Under the pieces are notes generated by a model. That model had not been told where the DNA came from. It did not search any database and was given only the letters and a program-made list of their open reading frames with translations. From an uncultured bacterium (GTDB taxonomy: Bacteria; Krumholzibacteriota; Krumholzibacteriia; LZORAL124-64-63), in the NCBI GenBank assembly GCA_963727525.1, contig CAVSGO010000006.1, positions 192,001-256,000 of the forward strand: 64,000 nucleotides of DNA. Reading direction: 5' to 3'. The translations under genes and the position numbers were made by a program. Shown one piece after another: positions 1 through 10,462 of this stretch (within the stretch, counting starts at the first letter, position 1; each line of letters opens with the position of its first letter).

Positions 1-114
1 ACCTTCGTGGTGCACGGCGAGCCGTCGCAGGCCGAGAAGTTCGCGGTGCGCATGCGGGCACAGACCGGCGGCGACGTGCACGTGCCCACGCTCGGACAGA
101 GCTTCGAGGTCTGA
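1..114 (+). CDS. 3' end of MBL-fold / beta-CASP RNA-metabolising metallo-hydrolase (partial)
   Basis: Frame 1 reads TFVVHGEPSQAEKFAVRM...PTLGQSFEV*; VHGE is the C-terminal RMMBL motif. Confidence 0.7.
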   Translation, partial: TFVVHGEPSQAEKFAVRMRAQTGGDVHVPTLGQSFEV

Positions 115-130
115 ACCGCAAGGCGGCGCC

Positions 131-1915
131 ATGCGATCGACCGCCACGCGCATCGTCCGGTTCCTGCGGCACTGGCGGCTGCGGCCACGGGTGCTGAGCC
201 TGCTGGCCATCCGCATCTGGTTGCTCGAGAAGTTCCGGATCTCCGATACGCAGCGGGTGCTGTTCTGGGCCGGCGTGGTGGGCGTGCTCGGCGGCCTGGC
301 CACGATCGCTCTGCGCGACGCCATGGAACTGCTGCACCACCTGCTCACCCGGCAACCGGGCGGGCTGGTGGAGTCGTTCGCGCGCATGCCCCAGTGGCGG
401 CGCCTGGTCGTGCCCATCGTCGGTGGCGCGCTCGCGGGAGGCGCGATCCACTTCGGCCGCTGGCTGGGCGAGAGCCGCAACACCACCGACTACATGGAGG
501 CTGTGGCTCTCGGCAAAGGGTCGCTCTCGTTCCGCCGCAGTGTGGTGAAGATCGTCTCCGCCGCATTCTCCGTGGCCTCGGGCGCGTCGATCGGCCGTGA
601 GGGCCCGCTGGTGCAGCTCTCGGCACTGGTGGCGTCGCTGGTGGGCAAGTTCCGCAACTGGTCGGCACCACGGCGCCGCGTGATCGTGGCGTGCGGTGCC
701 GCGGCCGGCATCGCGTCGGCCTACAATGCGCCCATCGCGGGGGCGCTCTTCGTGTCGGAGATCATGCTGCGCTCGATCTCCATGGAGACCCTCGGCCCCC
801 TCGTGTTCTCGTCGGTGATCGCGACGCAGGTGGTACGCCACTACCGCGGCGAAGGCCCGCTCTACGCCATCCCGGCGTTCAGCCTGGCCACCGGCTGGGA
901 ACTGGTGCTCTACCTCGCCCTCGGCGTGGTGTGCGGCCTGCTGGCACCTTTCTACCTGCGTTTTCTGCGTGCGAGCGAGTCGCTCTTCGGCCGCGTCCGT
1001 GCACCCGCGTTCGTGCGCCTGGCGCTGGGCGGTATCGTGGTGGGCGTGATCGCCACGCATTACCCGGAGGTGTGCGGTAACGGCTACAGCGTGGTGGTGT
1101 CGATTCTCAACGACGCGTGGGTGTGGCAAACGCTGCTCGTGGTCCTGGTGCTCAAGGTGGTGGCCACCGGCGCCACGTTCGGTTCCGGTGCCGTGGGCGG
1201 CGTGTTCACGCCCACGCTGTTCACTGGCGCGGGCATCGGTTACCTCTTCGCGGCGACGTGCGGGGCGTTCTGGCCCGGGCCGCCGCTGGGGCCGGGCGCG
1301 TACGCGCTCGCCGGCATGGGTATGTTCATCGCGGCCACCACGCGGGCGCCGCTGATGGCGATCATCATCATCTTCGAGATGACGCTCGATTACCACGTGA
1401 TCGTGCCGCTGATGATGGGCTGCGTGGTCGCGTATTACACGGCCAGCGCGATAGAGAGCGAGTCGCTCTACAGCCACGCCCTGGCGCGCAAGGCGGGCGT
1501 CGACGTGCAGTACGAGCTGGCCACGCTTCTGGTGTGCGACCTCATGAAGACCGACCGCATCTTCGTGCGCCTCGGTTCGCGCTTCGCCGAGATCGCGCGC
1601 CTGTTCATCACTAACAACATCAAGTACATGTACGTGCTCGACGACGAAGACACCTTCCGCGGCGTGGTGCGCCTGCAGGACACGAAGGCCTACCTCAGCA
1701 CGCCTGGCCTGGCCGACGTCGTCATCGCTCTCGACCTGATGCAGGAAGCATTCCCGCGCCTGGCGCCCGACAGCACTCTGAGCGAGGCCCTCGCCACCTT
1801 CGCCGCCCACGACGGCGAGAGGTTGCCCGTGCTCGATGCGGATTCGCAGCGCCTGCTCGGCAGCATCTCGAAGGCCGACGTGCTCTTCGCCCTGGCGCAC
1901 AGGGCATCGGCGTAG
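131..1915 (+). CDS. ClcB-like CLC chloride channel with C-terminal CBS pair
   Basis: GREGP, GGVFTP and AYNAPIAG motifs, many TM helices, CBS-like tail (LPVLD...GSISKADVL). Confidence 0.9.
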   Translation: MRSTATRIVRFLRHWRLRPRVLSLLAIRIWLLEKFRISDTQRVLFWAGVVGVLGGLATIALRDAMELLHHLLTRQPGGLVESFARMPQWRRLVVPIVGGALAGGAIHFGRWLGESRNTTDYMEAVALGKGSLSFRRSVVKIVSAAFSVASGASIGREGPLVQLSALVASLVGKFRNWSAPRRRVIVACGAAAGIASAYNAPIAGALFVSEIMLRSISMETLGPLVFSSVIATQVVRHYRGEGPLYAIPAFSLATGWELVLYLALGVVCGLLAPFYLRFLRASESLFGRVRAPAFVRLALGGIVVGVIATHYPEVCGNGYSVVVSILNDAWVWQTLLVVLVLKVVATGATFGSGAVGGVFTPTLFTGAGIGYLFAATCGAFWPGPPLGPGAYALAGMGMFIAATTRAPLMAIIIIFEMTLDYHVIVPLMMGCVVAYYTASAIESESLYSHALARKAGVDVQYELATLLVCDLMKTDRIFVRLGSRFAEIARLFITNNIKYMYVLDDEDTFRGVVRLQDTKAYLSTPGLADVVIALDLMQEAFPRLAPDSTLSEALATFAAHDGERLPVLDADSQRLLGSISKADVLFALAHRASA

Positions 1916-1996
1916 TCGATCCTGGCCCGCATGGCGTGATCGCGCTATGCTCCGCGGGTTCATCCCCGACGTTGTCCTGCCCCCGGGAGGCCTCGC

Positions 1997-4561
1997 ATGT
2001 CTTCGCGCTTTGTCGCCATTTGCCTCGCTGTCACCCTTGGTTTACCCATTGTTTCCCTGGCGGCCGACGACGCGGTTGTCGCGCTCGACGCGCTCGTCAT
2101 CGGGCCGTTCCCGGCGGCGCCGGCTCTGGTGGCCACGCCCCACGTGCCGGGCGATCAGGAACTCGTGCCCGAGATCGATCCCACGGGGTGGATGCCGGAG
2201 GAAGGCGACAAGGTGCCGGCGGCGCCGGGCCACGAGCTGACGTGGCGCAAGGTGGGCGCAGCTGATGGTGGCTTCGCGCTTCCCGATTCGGGCGTGTACT
2301 GGTTAGCGGCACGGCTGCAGAGCGATCGCTGGTCGGAGGTGACGCTGAAGGCCGACGGTGGTTGCGCCATCTACGCCGACGGTACCAAGGTCGCGGCCAA
2401 CGTGCCGGGAGAACCGGGCGATGACGTGGAGGGCGACGTCGGTGCCGGCACCGGGGCGCGCTTCGTGTTCGTGCGGGCGTCGGCTGGCAAGGATGGCGGC
2501 CACGTGACCCTGAGTGCCACCGGCGACGCGACGCTGAGCTGGACGCTCGACGCGCAGCTCGGCCTCAGCGGGATCGACCGGGCGCGCCGGATTGCGATGA
2601 TCGGCAACCTGGCCGTGTCGCCCAAGGGAGCGCTCGTGGCCAGGCGGCTGTCGCGTCGGAAGCCGACCGGCGAGGGCTGGCAGCGCGACGTGTCGGTCTT
2701 CGCCAGCGACGGCGGCCTGGTGGCCAGCGATCTCGGCGGAGCGGGTGCGCGGCCCGAGGCCTTCTCGCCCGACGGGCGCCAGCTCCTGTTGCGCCGCAGC
2801 GACGGCGGCAACACCGATCTCGTGCTCTGGACGGCGCCGCTCGGACCGGTGCGCACCGTCGTCGAGGACGAACCCGGCCTGGGTATCGTGCGTTTCTCAC
2901 CGGACGGGCACTGGCTGCTTATCGCGTCGACGCGCGGTTTCGACGCGAAGTCCGTCGCCGAGGATCAGGCGCATCGCTGGGACACGCTGGGTCAACGTCT
3001 CACTGACTGGGACCCGCTCACGCATCTGCACCTCGTGAACGTGGCCACAGGCGCGCGCCGGGTGCTCACCCAGCCCGGCGACTGGACGCTCGACGGCGCG
3101 GCGTGGCTGCCCGACGGCAAGGCGATCATCTACGGGCGCACGCAGCCGCAACCGGAGCGGCCGTGGTTCACGTCGGAGATTCACCGCATCGACCTCGCCA
3201 CCGGCGACGACACCGTCGTCGCCACCTTCACCGGTGGCTGGGAGGTGCGGCCGCAGGCGTTCGCGCCGCATCCCGACGGCCGGCGCGTGGCCTTCCTCGG
3301 TCCGCCCGAGGCGGTGGGCGATGGGCACACCGAGCACAACGTCTACGACAAGCAGGTGTGGATGCTCGACCTTGCGACCGGCAAGACCGAGCGCGCCACG
3401 TACGGGTTGCGTGATACCTTCGCCGGTGGCGGCGGTCTGCCCGCGTGGGAGCCGCGGGGCCGCTGGCTCGTGGTCCCGGCCACGGCCGGTTCACGGGACG
3501 TGCTCGTCCAGCTCGAACCCGACGGCGCGCATTGGAAAGCAACAGAGGTGGCAACCGAGGGCGTGACCGGCGAGGGATGGGCCCTCAGCCCCGACGCCGT
3601 GGCCGTGGCGTACACCGCGAGCGGCCTCGCGCAACCGCCGTCCCTCTGCCTGCAGACGCTCGGCGGCCGTGCGCGGGTGATCGAGGCGCCCAATGCCGCC
3701 CTGACGCAACGCTGGCGCCTGGCCGCGACGTCCGACGCGTCGTTCACCGGGCCAGGCGGCGAGACCATCGAGGCCTGGTGGTACCGCCCGAGCACGGCAG
3801 CGGCCGGCGTCTTCGACCAGCCGGCGCAGGGGAACGCCGGCAGCGTGCCGCTCATCGTCTATTACTACGGCGGTGCTTCACCCACCATCCGCGGTTTCAA
3901 TCCCACGCACCAGTTCTGGGCGGCCAACGGCTACGCGGTGCTCGTGATCAACCCGCGCGGCGCGTTCGGCTACGGAGACGCATTCGCCGACGCGCACGCC
4001 GGCGATTGGGGTACCGAGGCCGGCGCCGACATCGTGGCCGGTACCGAGGCTCTGCTCGCGCGCTTCCCGCAACTCGACCGCAAGGCCGTGGGCTGCTACG
4101 GCGGCAGCTACGGCGGCTTCATGACGATGTACCTGGTGAGCCACAGCGACCTCTTCGCTGCAGCCGTCGCCATGTACGGCATCGCCGACCTCGTCACCTA
4201 CTGGGGGCAGGGCGCCTGGGGCATCACCTACGGTGACATGGCGCTCGGCGGCCGCACGCCGTGGGGCGATGCCTCGTACTTCACGCAGCACTCGCCGGTG
4301 TACGCGGCCGACCGCATCCACACGCCGCTGCTGATGCTGCACGGCGCGAGCGATACGAACGTGACTCCGGGCAACTCCGAGGAGATGTTCGCCGCTCTGA
4401 AGGTGCTCGGCCGCGACGTGGACATGGTGACGTTCCCCGGCGAGAACCATGGCATCGCCGGTACGTGGGCCGACTATACGGGCCATCGCACGATGATGCT
4501 CGAGTTCTTCGACCGCTGGCTGAAGCAGCAGCCGCAGGCGTGGGAACATCGCTGGAAGTGA
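1997..4561 (+). CDS. Secreted S9 family (prolyl oligopeptidase / acylaminoacyl) peptidase with beta-propeller
   Basis: Signal peptide, FSPDG repeats, GGSYGG nucleophile, HGASD and GENHG catalytic Asp/His. Confidence 0.9.
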   Translation: MSSRFVAICLAVTLGLPIVSLAADDAVVALDALVIGPFPAAPALVATPHVPGDQELVPEIDPTGWMPEEGDKVPAAPGHELTWRKVGAADGGFALPDSGVYWLAARLQSDRWSEVTLKADGGCAIYADGTKVAANVPGEPGDDVEGDVGAGTGARFVFVRASAGKDGGHVTLSATGDATLSWTLDAQLGLSGIDRARRIAMIGNLAVSPKGALVARRLSRRKPTGEGWQRDVSVFASDGGLVASDLGGAGARPEAFSPDGRQLLLRRSDGGNTDLVLWTAPLGPVRTVVEDEPGLGIVRFSPDGHWLLIASTRGFDAKSVAEDQAHRWDTLGQRLTDWDPLTHLHLVNVATGARRVLTQPGDWTLDGAAWLPDGKAIIYGRTQPQPERPWFTSEIHRIDLATGDDTVVATFTGGWEVRPQAFAPHPDGRRVAFLGPPEAVGDGHTEHNVYDKQVWMLDLATGKTERATYGLRDTFAGGGGLPAWEPRGRWLVVPATAGSRDVLVQLEPDGAHWKATEVATEGVTGEGWALSPDAVAVAYTASGLAQPPSLCLQTLGGRARVIEAPNAALTQRWRLAATSDASFTGPGGETIEAWWYRPSTAAAGVFDQPAQGNAGSVPLIVYYYGGASPTIRGFNPTHQFWAANGYAVLVINPRGAFGYGDAFADAHAGDWGTEAGADIVAGTEALLARFPQLDRKAVGCYGGSYGGFMTMYLVSHSDLFAAAVAMYGIADLVTYWGQGAWGITYGDMALGGRTPWGDASYFTQHSPVYAADRIHTPLLMLHGASDTNVTPGNSEEMFAALKVLGRDVDMVTFPGENHGIAGTWADYTGHRTMMLEFFDRWLKQQPQAWEHRWK

Positions 4562-4644
4562 TCGTCGTTCTCGGATTCACGGACCGGGGATCGCGACCTC
4601 GTTCCCGGTGGATCGACGGCCATTTGGGCGGGAATCCCGAGGTA

Positions 4645-4673
4645 TTGCCGAAGTTGCGGGGTGTCGATATACT
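4645..4673 (+). promoter_or_regulatory. Putative sigma70 promoter upstream of the flippase
   Basis: TTGCCG-N17-TATACT. Confidence 0.5.
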
Positions 4674-4827
4674 CGTGATCCTGCTGGTGGCCTGAGCAGG
4701 CAGGGGGATTGGGGCCGAATCCTAGCGACGAGAAGACGCGAACTGTGGCAAGAGTACCGAAACTGGACCACAGCCATCACGAGGCCCTCGTGCGCCGTCG
4801 CCCTGGACGACCGCACCGGCATCTCGC

Positions 4828-6468
4828 ATGACCGCGCGCCAGATCTCACCGGTACGCCAAGAGGGCTTCGTCCGCGAGACATTCCGGCACGCCGCCATCT
4901 ACAGCGGCGCCAACGTCCTCGGCCGCATGATCAGCTTCTTCATGCTGCCGTTCTACGCCTACATCCTGCGCGACATCGGCTACGGTGTCATCGGCATGAT
5001 CGACGCGGGCCTGACTTTCCTGTCCAGCCTGTTCGCCTACAACTTCCGCGGCGCGATCATCCGCATCTATCACGAGGAGCCCGACCCGGCGCGCAAGCCG
5101 ATGGCCGTCACCACGGGCATGATCCTCGAGCTGGCGATCACGGTGCCGGTCATGGGCACGGCGGCGCTGCTGAGCCATCCGATCGCCCACCTGCTGCTCG
5201 GCGATTCGTCCTACTGGAACCTGGTCTGCCTCGCCTTTGCATCGTTCGTGCTGGACATCTTGTCCGGGACCGCTCAGGTCGTCTTCGTCATCCGGCGCAA
5301 GTCGATCACGTTCTCCGCGATCAGCCTCGTGCGGCTGGTGGTCGGCCTGAGTCTGAACATCCTGTTCGTGGTCGTCCTGCGCTGGGACTTGCTGGGGTAC
5401 TTCGTGGCGGGTCTGGCGACGACCGTGATCGGTGCCGTGGTCACGGTCACCGTGGCCCTGCGTGAGTGTGGCGTCGGGCTCGCCTTCGACCGCAAGCTCG
5501 CTCGCGATCTGATCAAGTTCCAGCTACCGCTCGTGCCCAGCAGCCTGGCGACGTTCGCGTCGCGGCAGGTCGAGCGGATCCTCGTGCGCTTCCAGATCGA
5601 CATCGCGACCCTCGGTGTCCTGGAGATGGGCTACAAGTTCCCCGTGCTGTTGAATATGCTGGTCATCAGACCGTTCATGAACAGCTGGCAGACCAAGCGC
5701 ACCGAGATCGCCGAGGAGCCTGGCGCGCCCGAGCGCATCGGCCGCATGTTCGCCTACTTCCTTTTCCTGGCCGCGCTCGGGGGGCTCGTGATCGCAGTCG
5801 ATATCCGGCTCGTGTTGCAACTCCTGACGCCGCCCGAGTTCTGGGGGGCGTTCCGCATCGCCCGCGTCGAGGTTCTCACCACGATCATGATGGGGTGCTA
5901 CGGCTACCTCCAGTTCGGCCTCTATTACGCGAAGAAGACTTCCATCATCGCGCGCACCCGCATCGTCACGGGACTCGCGAAGGTCGGCCTCTCGTACGTC
6001 ATGATCAGCGTCTGGGGCATCTACGGCGCTGCTTACTCGGCGCTCGTCATGAACACCGTGCTCACAGTGTGGATCCATTTCCTGTCCAAGCGGTACTACG
6101 TGCAGATCATCGAGTGGCGTAAGATCTTCCTGATCGCAGCCACGGCGGTCATCGTCTTCCTGCTAATCAACCACCTAAAGAATGATACAATAGCCGGCTG
6201 GGCCCAGCCGCTGGCGCCGCTGGCGAACTCCTGGGTGCAATGGCTGCAGCACACCTGGGTCGGCACCTGGAAGGACGGCAAGGTCATCAGCCTGATCAAT
6301 GAACGCGGCGACATCGTGCTGGCCATCGCGGTCAAGACGGTGCTCTGCGCCGTCTTCCTGCTGCTGCTGCCCTTCGTCCACGTGGAGACCCAGCAGCGGA
6401 TCAGCCGGCGCATCGGGACGTTCGGGGCGCTCGGGGCGTTAAGGGCGTTCAGGGCGCGCGGCCGCTGA
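4828..6468 (+). CDS. Oligosaccharide flippase (Wzx/MOP family)
   Basis: Typical start (HAAIYSGANVLGRMISFFMLPFY...YG), about 14 TM helices, WGIYGAA motif. Confidence 0.85.
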   Translation: MTARQISPVRQEGFVRETFRHAAIYSGANVLGRMISFFMLPFYAYILRDIGYGVIGMIDAGLTFLSSLFAYNFRGAIIRIYHEEPDPARKPMAVTTGMILELAITVPVMGTAALLSHPIAHLLLGDSSYWNLVCLAFASFVLDILSGTAQVVFVIRRKSITFSAISLVRLVVGLSLNILFVVVLRWDLLGYFVAGLATTVIGAVVTVTVALRECGVGLAFDRKLARDLIKFQLPLVPSSLATFASRQVERILVRFQIDIATLGVLEMGYKFPVLLNMLVIRPFMNSWQTKRTEIAEEPGAPERIGRMFAYFLFLAALGGLVIAVDIRLVLQLLTPPEFWGAFRIARVEVLTTIMMGCYGYLQFGLYYAKKTSIIARTRIVTGLAKVGLSYVMISVWGIYGAAYSALVMNTVLTVWIHFLSKRYYVQIIEWRKIFLIAATAVIVFLLINHLKNDTIAGWAQPLAPLANSWVQWLQHTWVGTWKDGKVISLINERGDIVLAIAVKTVLCAVFLLLLPFVHVETQQRISRRIGTFGALGALRAFRARGR

Positions 6469-6500
6469 TCAACGATGACTCGAGCCGATCCGCCAGTGGC

Positions 6501-7397
6501 CTATCTGGATCCGAACGCCTCTCCAGCGATCGGGGTGCCTCTGCGTTCGCGTGCGGCGATGACGCACCCCCAGTCCTCGTCCCACTGCTGCTGAATCGGA
6601 CCGATGTCGAGCCACGGCTCGCGACCGGGTCGATTGGGAAGCCAGGCGAGCCGCTGCTGGCAAAGCCCGCGGGGATCGAGGTGCAGGTGCTGGAACAGCC
6701 GGTTATTGAGCGTTGGCACGAACCGTAGGCGACGCAGCCCACCATCGAGTTGATTGAGCTGGCGCAGGATGCGCGCCTGCTGGCGACCCACGCCGACGTT
6801 GACGGGTGTGGAGATCAGATCGTCGTCGGCGCCCGGCGGCACACGGAGGAACGTCCGGAGGTCGCGAATGAAGCGCGGCAGGTTATCCCTGATCTCCTCC
6901 TGGGTGTAGACGAAGACTCGATCCCCGAACAGTCGGCCGAGCAGCTCCAGCCGCGCCGAGAAGGACAGATCGGCCGGCTGCAAGAGACTGCCCGACCGCT
7001 CCGGGTCGAAGACGGCACGGATATCCTCGGTCCCGCCCTCGTGCAGGTACTGCCTGTAGATCGAGGAAATCAGGTCCGCATGGGCGCGAAACCCGATGAT
7101 GATCCCCGCCTCGGGGAACATGTGTGCCAGTCCCGCCATGTTGACGCGGAATTGACCGAACCAGTCGCGCTCGTACGGGATGCCCGAAATGCCCTCGTCG
7201 CTCACGAGAAGTGTCCCCTGCGATTCGGCCGCGGGCAACACGGTCCGCACTCGCGCTGGTGGAGGCACGAACGCGACCTCGGTAAGCCCGGGAAACACGC
7301 GCCGCTGGAGAAAGGTCGTGGCGGTCTTGTGGAGGCCGACGTGAAATATGGTCTGCAATCCTGGCACCGTGTTACCCCCGCGCGAACCCGAGGTCAT
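6501..7397 (-). CDS. Sulfotransferase-family P-loop protein
   Basis: HVGLHKTATTFLQ 5'-PSB motif, LLVSDEGIS, R..DLISSIY. Confidence 0.75.
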   Translation of the reverse strand: MTSGSRGGNTVPGLQTIFHVGLHKTATTFLQRRVFPGLTEVAFVPPPARVRTVLPAAESQGTLLVSDEGISGIPYERDWFGQFRVNMAGLAHMFPEAGIIIGFRAHADLISSIYRQYLHEGGTEDIRAVFDPERSGSLLQPADLSFSARLELLGRLFGDRVFVYTQEEIRDNLPRFIRDLRTFLRVPPGADDDLISTPVNVGVGRQQARILRQLNQLDGGLRRLRFVPTLNNRLFQHLHLDPRGLCQQRLAWLPNRPGREPWLDIGPIQQQWDEDWGCVIAARERRGTPIAGEAFGSR

Positions 7398-7580
7398 GTG
7401 TCTCCGGGTCGATCGTCCGGGCGGGCACGGCGCAACACGTCATACGCCGCCGATTCGCCCATATTACGCGAGACGGCAGGGGGCTGCCAGGCGCGATGGC
7501 GGCGCCCGAGGCGCGACTTTGACTGCGAGCGGCTTCACGGGTAGCATGTGGTGCCCGCCCACGCGTTGACAGTGCCTCTG

Positions 7581-8846
7581 ATGGCGGAGAGAGTCGTGAA
7601 CCCTGTCGACCACATGCTCCAGCCGTGTTTGCCCTGTCCGCCCGGACGCCGCCGGCGACCGTCCCGCCGCACGCTACTGCTCGCGGCCCTGCTCGCACTC
7701 ATCGTCTTGTCCGGGGGGTGTGGACGCGGGTCGGTCGCGGAGTTCAGTCCCGGTCAGCTCACCGAGCAGACGCTGTTCACCGGCGGAACGGGGGGCTACT
7801 TCATCTATCGTGCGCCGGTGCTGCTGGTCACCGAGGCAGGAACCGTCCTCGCATTTGCCGAGGGTCGCCGTAACAGCCGACGCGACAACGGCGATATCGA
7901 CTTCCTGCTGCGTCGATCGCAGGACGGTGGACAAACCTGGTCGCCGCCGCAACTTTTGATCGATTTCGGGCCCGACACGTGCGGCAACCCTGCCGCCGTC
8001 CAGGATCGCGACACGGGCACGATCTGGCTGTTCGTCGTCTGGAACCGCGGCGAGGACGAGGAAAGCGAGATCGTCCGCGGCGAATCCCGCGATACCCGGC
8101 GCCCTTATGTGTTCGCGAGTCGCGACGACGGCCGGACCTGGTCGCCGCCGCGGGAGATCACGGACGAGGTCAAGAGCTCGGAGATGCGCTGGTACGACAT
8201 CGGTCCTGGCCGGGCCATCCAGCTGCGCTACGGTCCTCATCGTGGTCGTTTGCTCGTGCCCGGCGACCACAGCTATCCCGTTGCGAACGGGAAGTTCCAC
8301 GGCGTCGCGGACATGGGCGGCCACGTGTTCTACAGCGACGATCATGGCGAGACCTGGCACCTGGGCGGGATGATCCGCCCGGGCGCCGCCGAACCACAGC
8401 TCGCCGAGCTCGCTGGCGGGCAGGGCCGGGTCCTCGCGAACCTCAGGTCGTTCGGGCGCAATGGGCACCGCCTCCAGGCGATCAGTGACGACGGCGGCGA
8501 TACGTGGACCGCGCCGCGTGAGATGAGATCCCTCATCGAACCCAGGTGCCAGGGGAGTCTTCTGCGATACTCGTGGCCCCAGGACCCCACCGGCGACCTG
8601 CTGCTGTTCACCAATCCGGCCAGCCGCCAGCGCGAGAACCTCGTGGTGCGTGCGAGTCGCGACGGCGGCCGGACGTGGCCCCGCGGGCTGGTGATCCATC
8701 GGGGACCGGCCTCCTACTCCTGCCTTGCCCGCATGTCCGCCGGTCGCGTGGGCTGCCTCTACGAGGCGGGGGACTCGCGTCTCTACGAGCGGATCGTCCT
8801 GGCGACGTTTCCCGTCGCGGCACTCGGCGGAGACCAGCCGCGCTGA
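7581..8846 (+). CDS. GH33 sialidase-family lipoprotein (start uncertain)
   Basis: YRAP (RIP-like) motif, five Asp-boxes (SxDxGxTW), SYS...YE; SRRTLL followed by an LSGGC lipobox-like signal. Confidence 0.85.
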   Translation: MAERVVNPVDHMLQPCLPCPPGRRRRPSRRTLLLAALLALIVLSGGCGRGSVAEFSPGQLTEQTLFTGGTGGYFIYRAPVLLVTEAGTVLAFAEGRRNSRRDNGDIDFLLRRSQDGGQTWSPPQLLIDFGPDTCGNPAAVQDRDTGTIWLFVVWNRGEDEESEIVRGESRDTRRPYVFASRDDGRTWSPPREITDEVKSSEMRWYDIGPGRAIQLRYGPHRGRLLVPGDHSYPVANGKFHGVADMGGHVFYSDDHGETWHLGGMIRPGAAEPQLAELAGGQGRVLANLRSFGRNGHRLQAISDDGGDTWTAPREMRSLIEPRCQGSLLRYSWPQDPTGDLLLFTNPASRQRENLVVRASRDGGRTWPRGLVIHRGPASYSCLARMSAGRVGCLYEAGDSRLYERIVLATFPVAALGGDQPR

Positions 8847-8988
8847 CGGCCTCGTGATCCAGCCCTTTTTCGTGGGCCCACGAGTTGCAAGAGTGTGGGC
8901 GTGCACCCTGCCCTGAGGAAATCATGAGGCTGGGTGAGGAAGATCCGGAAGGGCCACGGCAGGCGGAATGACATAGGGGAACTGCACC

Positions 8989-9597
8989 ATGCGTATCATC
9001 GTTGCAAAGCTCAATGCTGTTACCGCCCGGTTGCGTGGACCGCGGCTCGTGACGGCCCCCGGCTCCACATTCCAGGTGGGTCGGAAGAGTCCCCAGTACC
9101 GCAACAAGCAACTCGCCAATGCCAACCGTCTGCTCGAGATGGGCGAGTTCGAGACGGCCGAGCCGATCCTGCGCCGACTCGTGCAGGAGAAGCCGCGCGA
9201 GGCGGAGTTCCTGGCGAGTCTCGCAATCTGCGTCGCGCAGAGCCAGGGCCGCTACGTCAGCGCCGAGAAGCTGGCGGAGAAGGCCCGGCGGCTCTCGCCC
9301 GACCAGGCCTGCGGTTGGTTCGCGCTGGGGTACATCAACCTGCTGGGATCGCGGCTCGAGCGCGGTCACTACTTCCTGAGCGAGAGCCGCAAGCGCGACC
9401 CGCGCGACCCGCGAGTCCGCTACGGCCTGGATGCGTGGCAACGGCGTCGGCCGCCGGTGATCGCCGACCTGGCGCACGATCACATCGTGAACCGACTGCT
9501 CGGCGGCATCCGGCGCATCTTCACCGATCGCCGGGTGATGCTGGCGAGCGCGGGGTGGTTGGCGTACCAGCTCATGGCGCTGGTCATGATTCGCTGA
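8989..9597 (+). CDS. Tetratricopeptide-repeat protein with C-terminal hydrophobic helix
   Basis: TPR-like helical repeats (AEPILRRLVQEKP, ARRLSPDQACGWFALG). Confidence 0.6.
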   Translation: MRIIVAKLNAVTARLRGPRLVTAPGSTFQVGRKSPQYRNKQLANANRLLEMGEFETAEPILRRLVQEKPREAEFLASLAICVAQSQGRYVSAEKLAEKARRLSPDQACGWFALGYINLLGSRLERGHYFLSESRKRDPRDPRVRYGLDAWQRRRPPVIADLAHDHIVNRLLGGIRRIFTDRRVMLASAGWLAYQLMALVMIR

Positions 9598-9652
9598 GTC
9601 GGGCTTGCCGGCCGGCAGCAACGGTGCGAAGCTGGCGGCGAGGAGGTTCGTC

Positions 9653-10378
9653 ATGCCCGACCGGCACCCGTTCGCCGCCCTGGTCCTCGGAATCTGCCTG
9701 ATCGCCGCCGCGGCGATCCTGGCGACGACGTGGCGCGGCAACGTCAAGATCGCCCAGACGCTCGACGTCGTCGGTTCGGCCAAGATGGACCTGATGTCCG
9801 ATCTGGGCCGCCTCACCTGCAGCCTGCAGGCCAGTGGCAGCACCGCCGAGGCCGCGTATACCGCGTTGCAGGGGCAGATCCCCATCCTGACCGAATACCT
9901 CGCGGGCATGGGTCTCACCGGCGACGCCATCGAGCCGTCGCCGATCAATACCTGGACCGTCGACGAATTCGACAGCAACGGTCGGCCCACCGGTCGCGTG
10001 CTGTCGTACGAGGCGCAGCAGCAGTTCGTGGTGGAATCGAAGGATGTCGACCTGATCAAGCGCGTCTCCCTCGACCTGGCCAGCCTCGTGACCAAGGGCG
10101 TGGATATCCACACCCAGTCCCCCGAGTACCTCTACCTGGAACTCTCCGACGTGAAGGTGGAGGTGCAAGCCCTCGCCGCCAAGGACGCCATGGAACGCGC
10201 CCGCCGCATCGCCGAGGCCAGCGGCGCGAAGATCGGGCCGATCCGCGACGCCACCGTGGGGGTGTTGCAGATCACGCCTCAGCATTCGACGATGGTGTCG
10301 GATTACGGGATCAACGACAACTCGTCGATCGAGAAGCAGATCACCGCCGTGGTGCATGCGAAGTTCGCGATCCAGTAG
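9653..10378 (+). CDS. SIMPL (DUF541) domain protein
   Basis: VVGSA...D, AAKDAMERARRIAEASG, SSIEKQIT motifs; AGGAGG RBS. Confidence 0.85.
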   Translation: MPDRHPFAALVLGICLIAAAAILATTWRGNVKIAQTLDVVGSAKMDLMSDLGRLTCSLQASGSTAEAAYTALQGQIPILTEYLAGMGLTGDAIEPSPINTWTVDEFDSNGRPTGRVLSYEAQQQFVVESKDVDLIKRVSLDLASLVTKGVDIHTQSPEYLYLELSDVKVEVQALAAKDAMERARRIAEASGAKIGPIRDATVGVLQITPQHSTMVSDYGINDNSSIEKQITAVVHAKFAIQ

Positions 10379-10462
10379 GGGCGGATTCGACGTAGTTGCG
10401 CGCAAAGATTCGTCGTCCGCGCGCGATGTCCCGCCGCACGGCCTCGAGAAAACCACCCTGGA

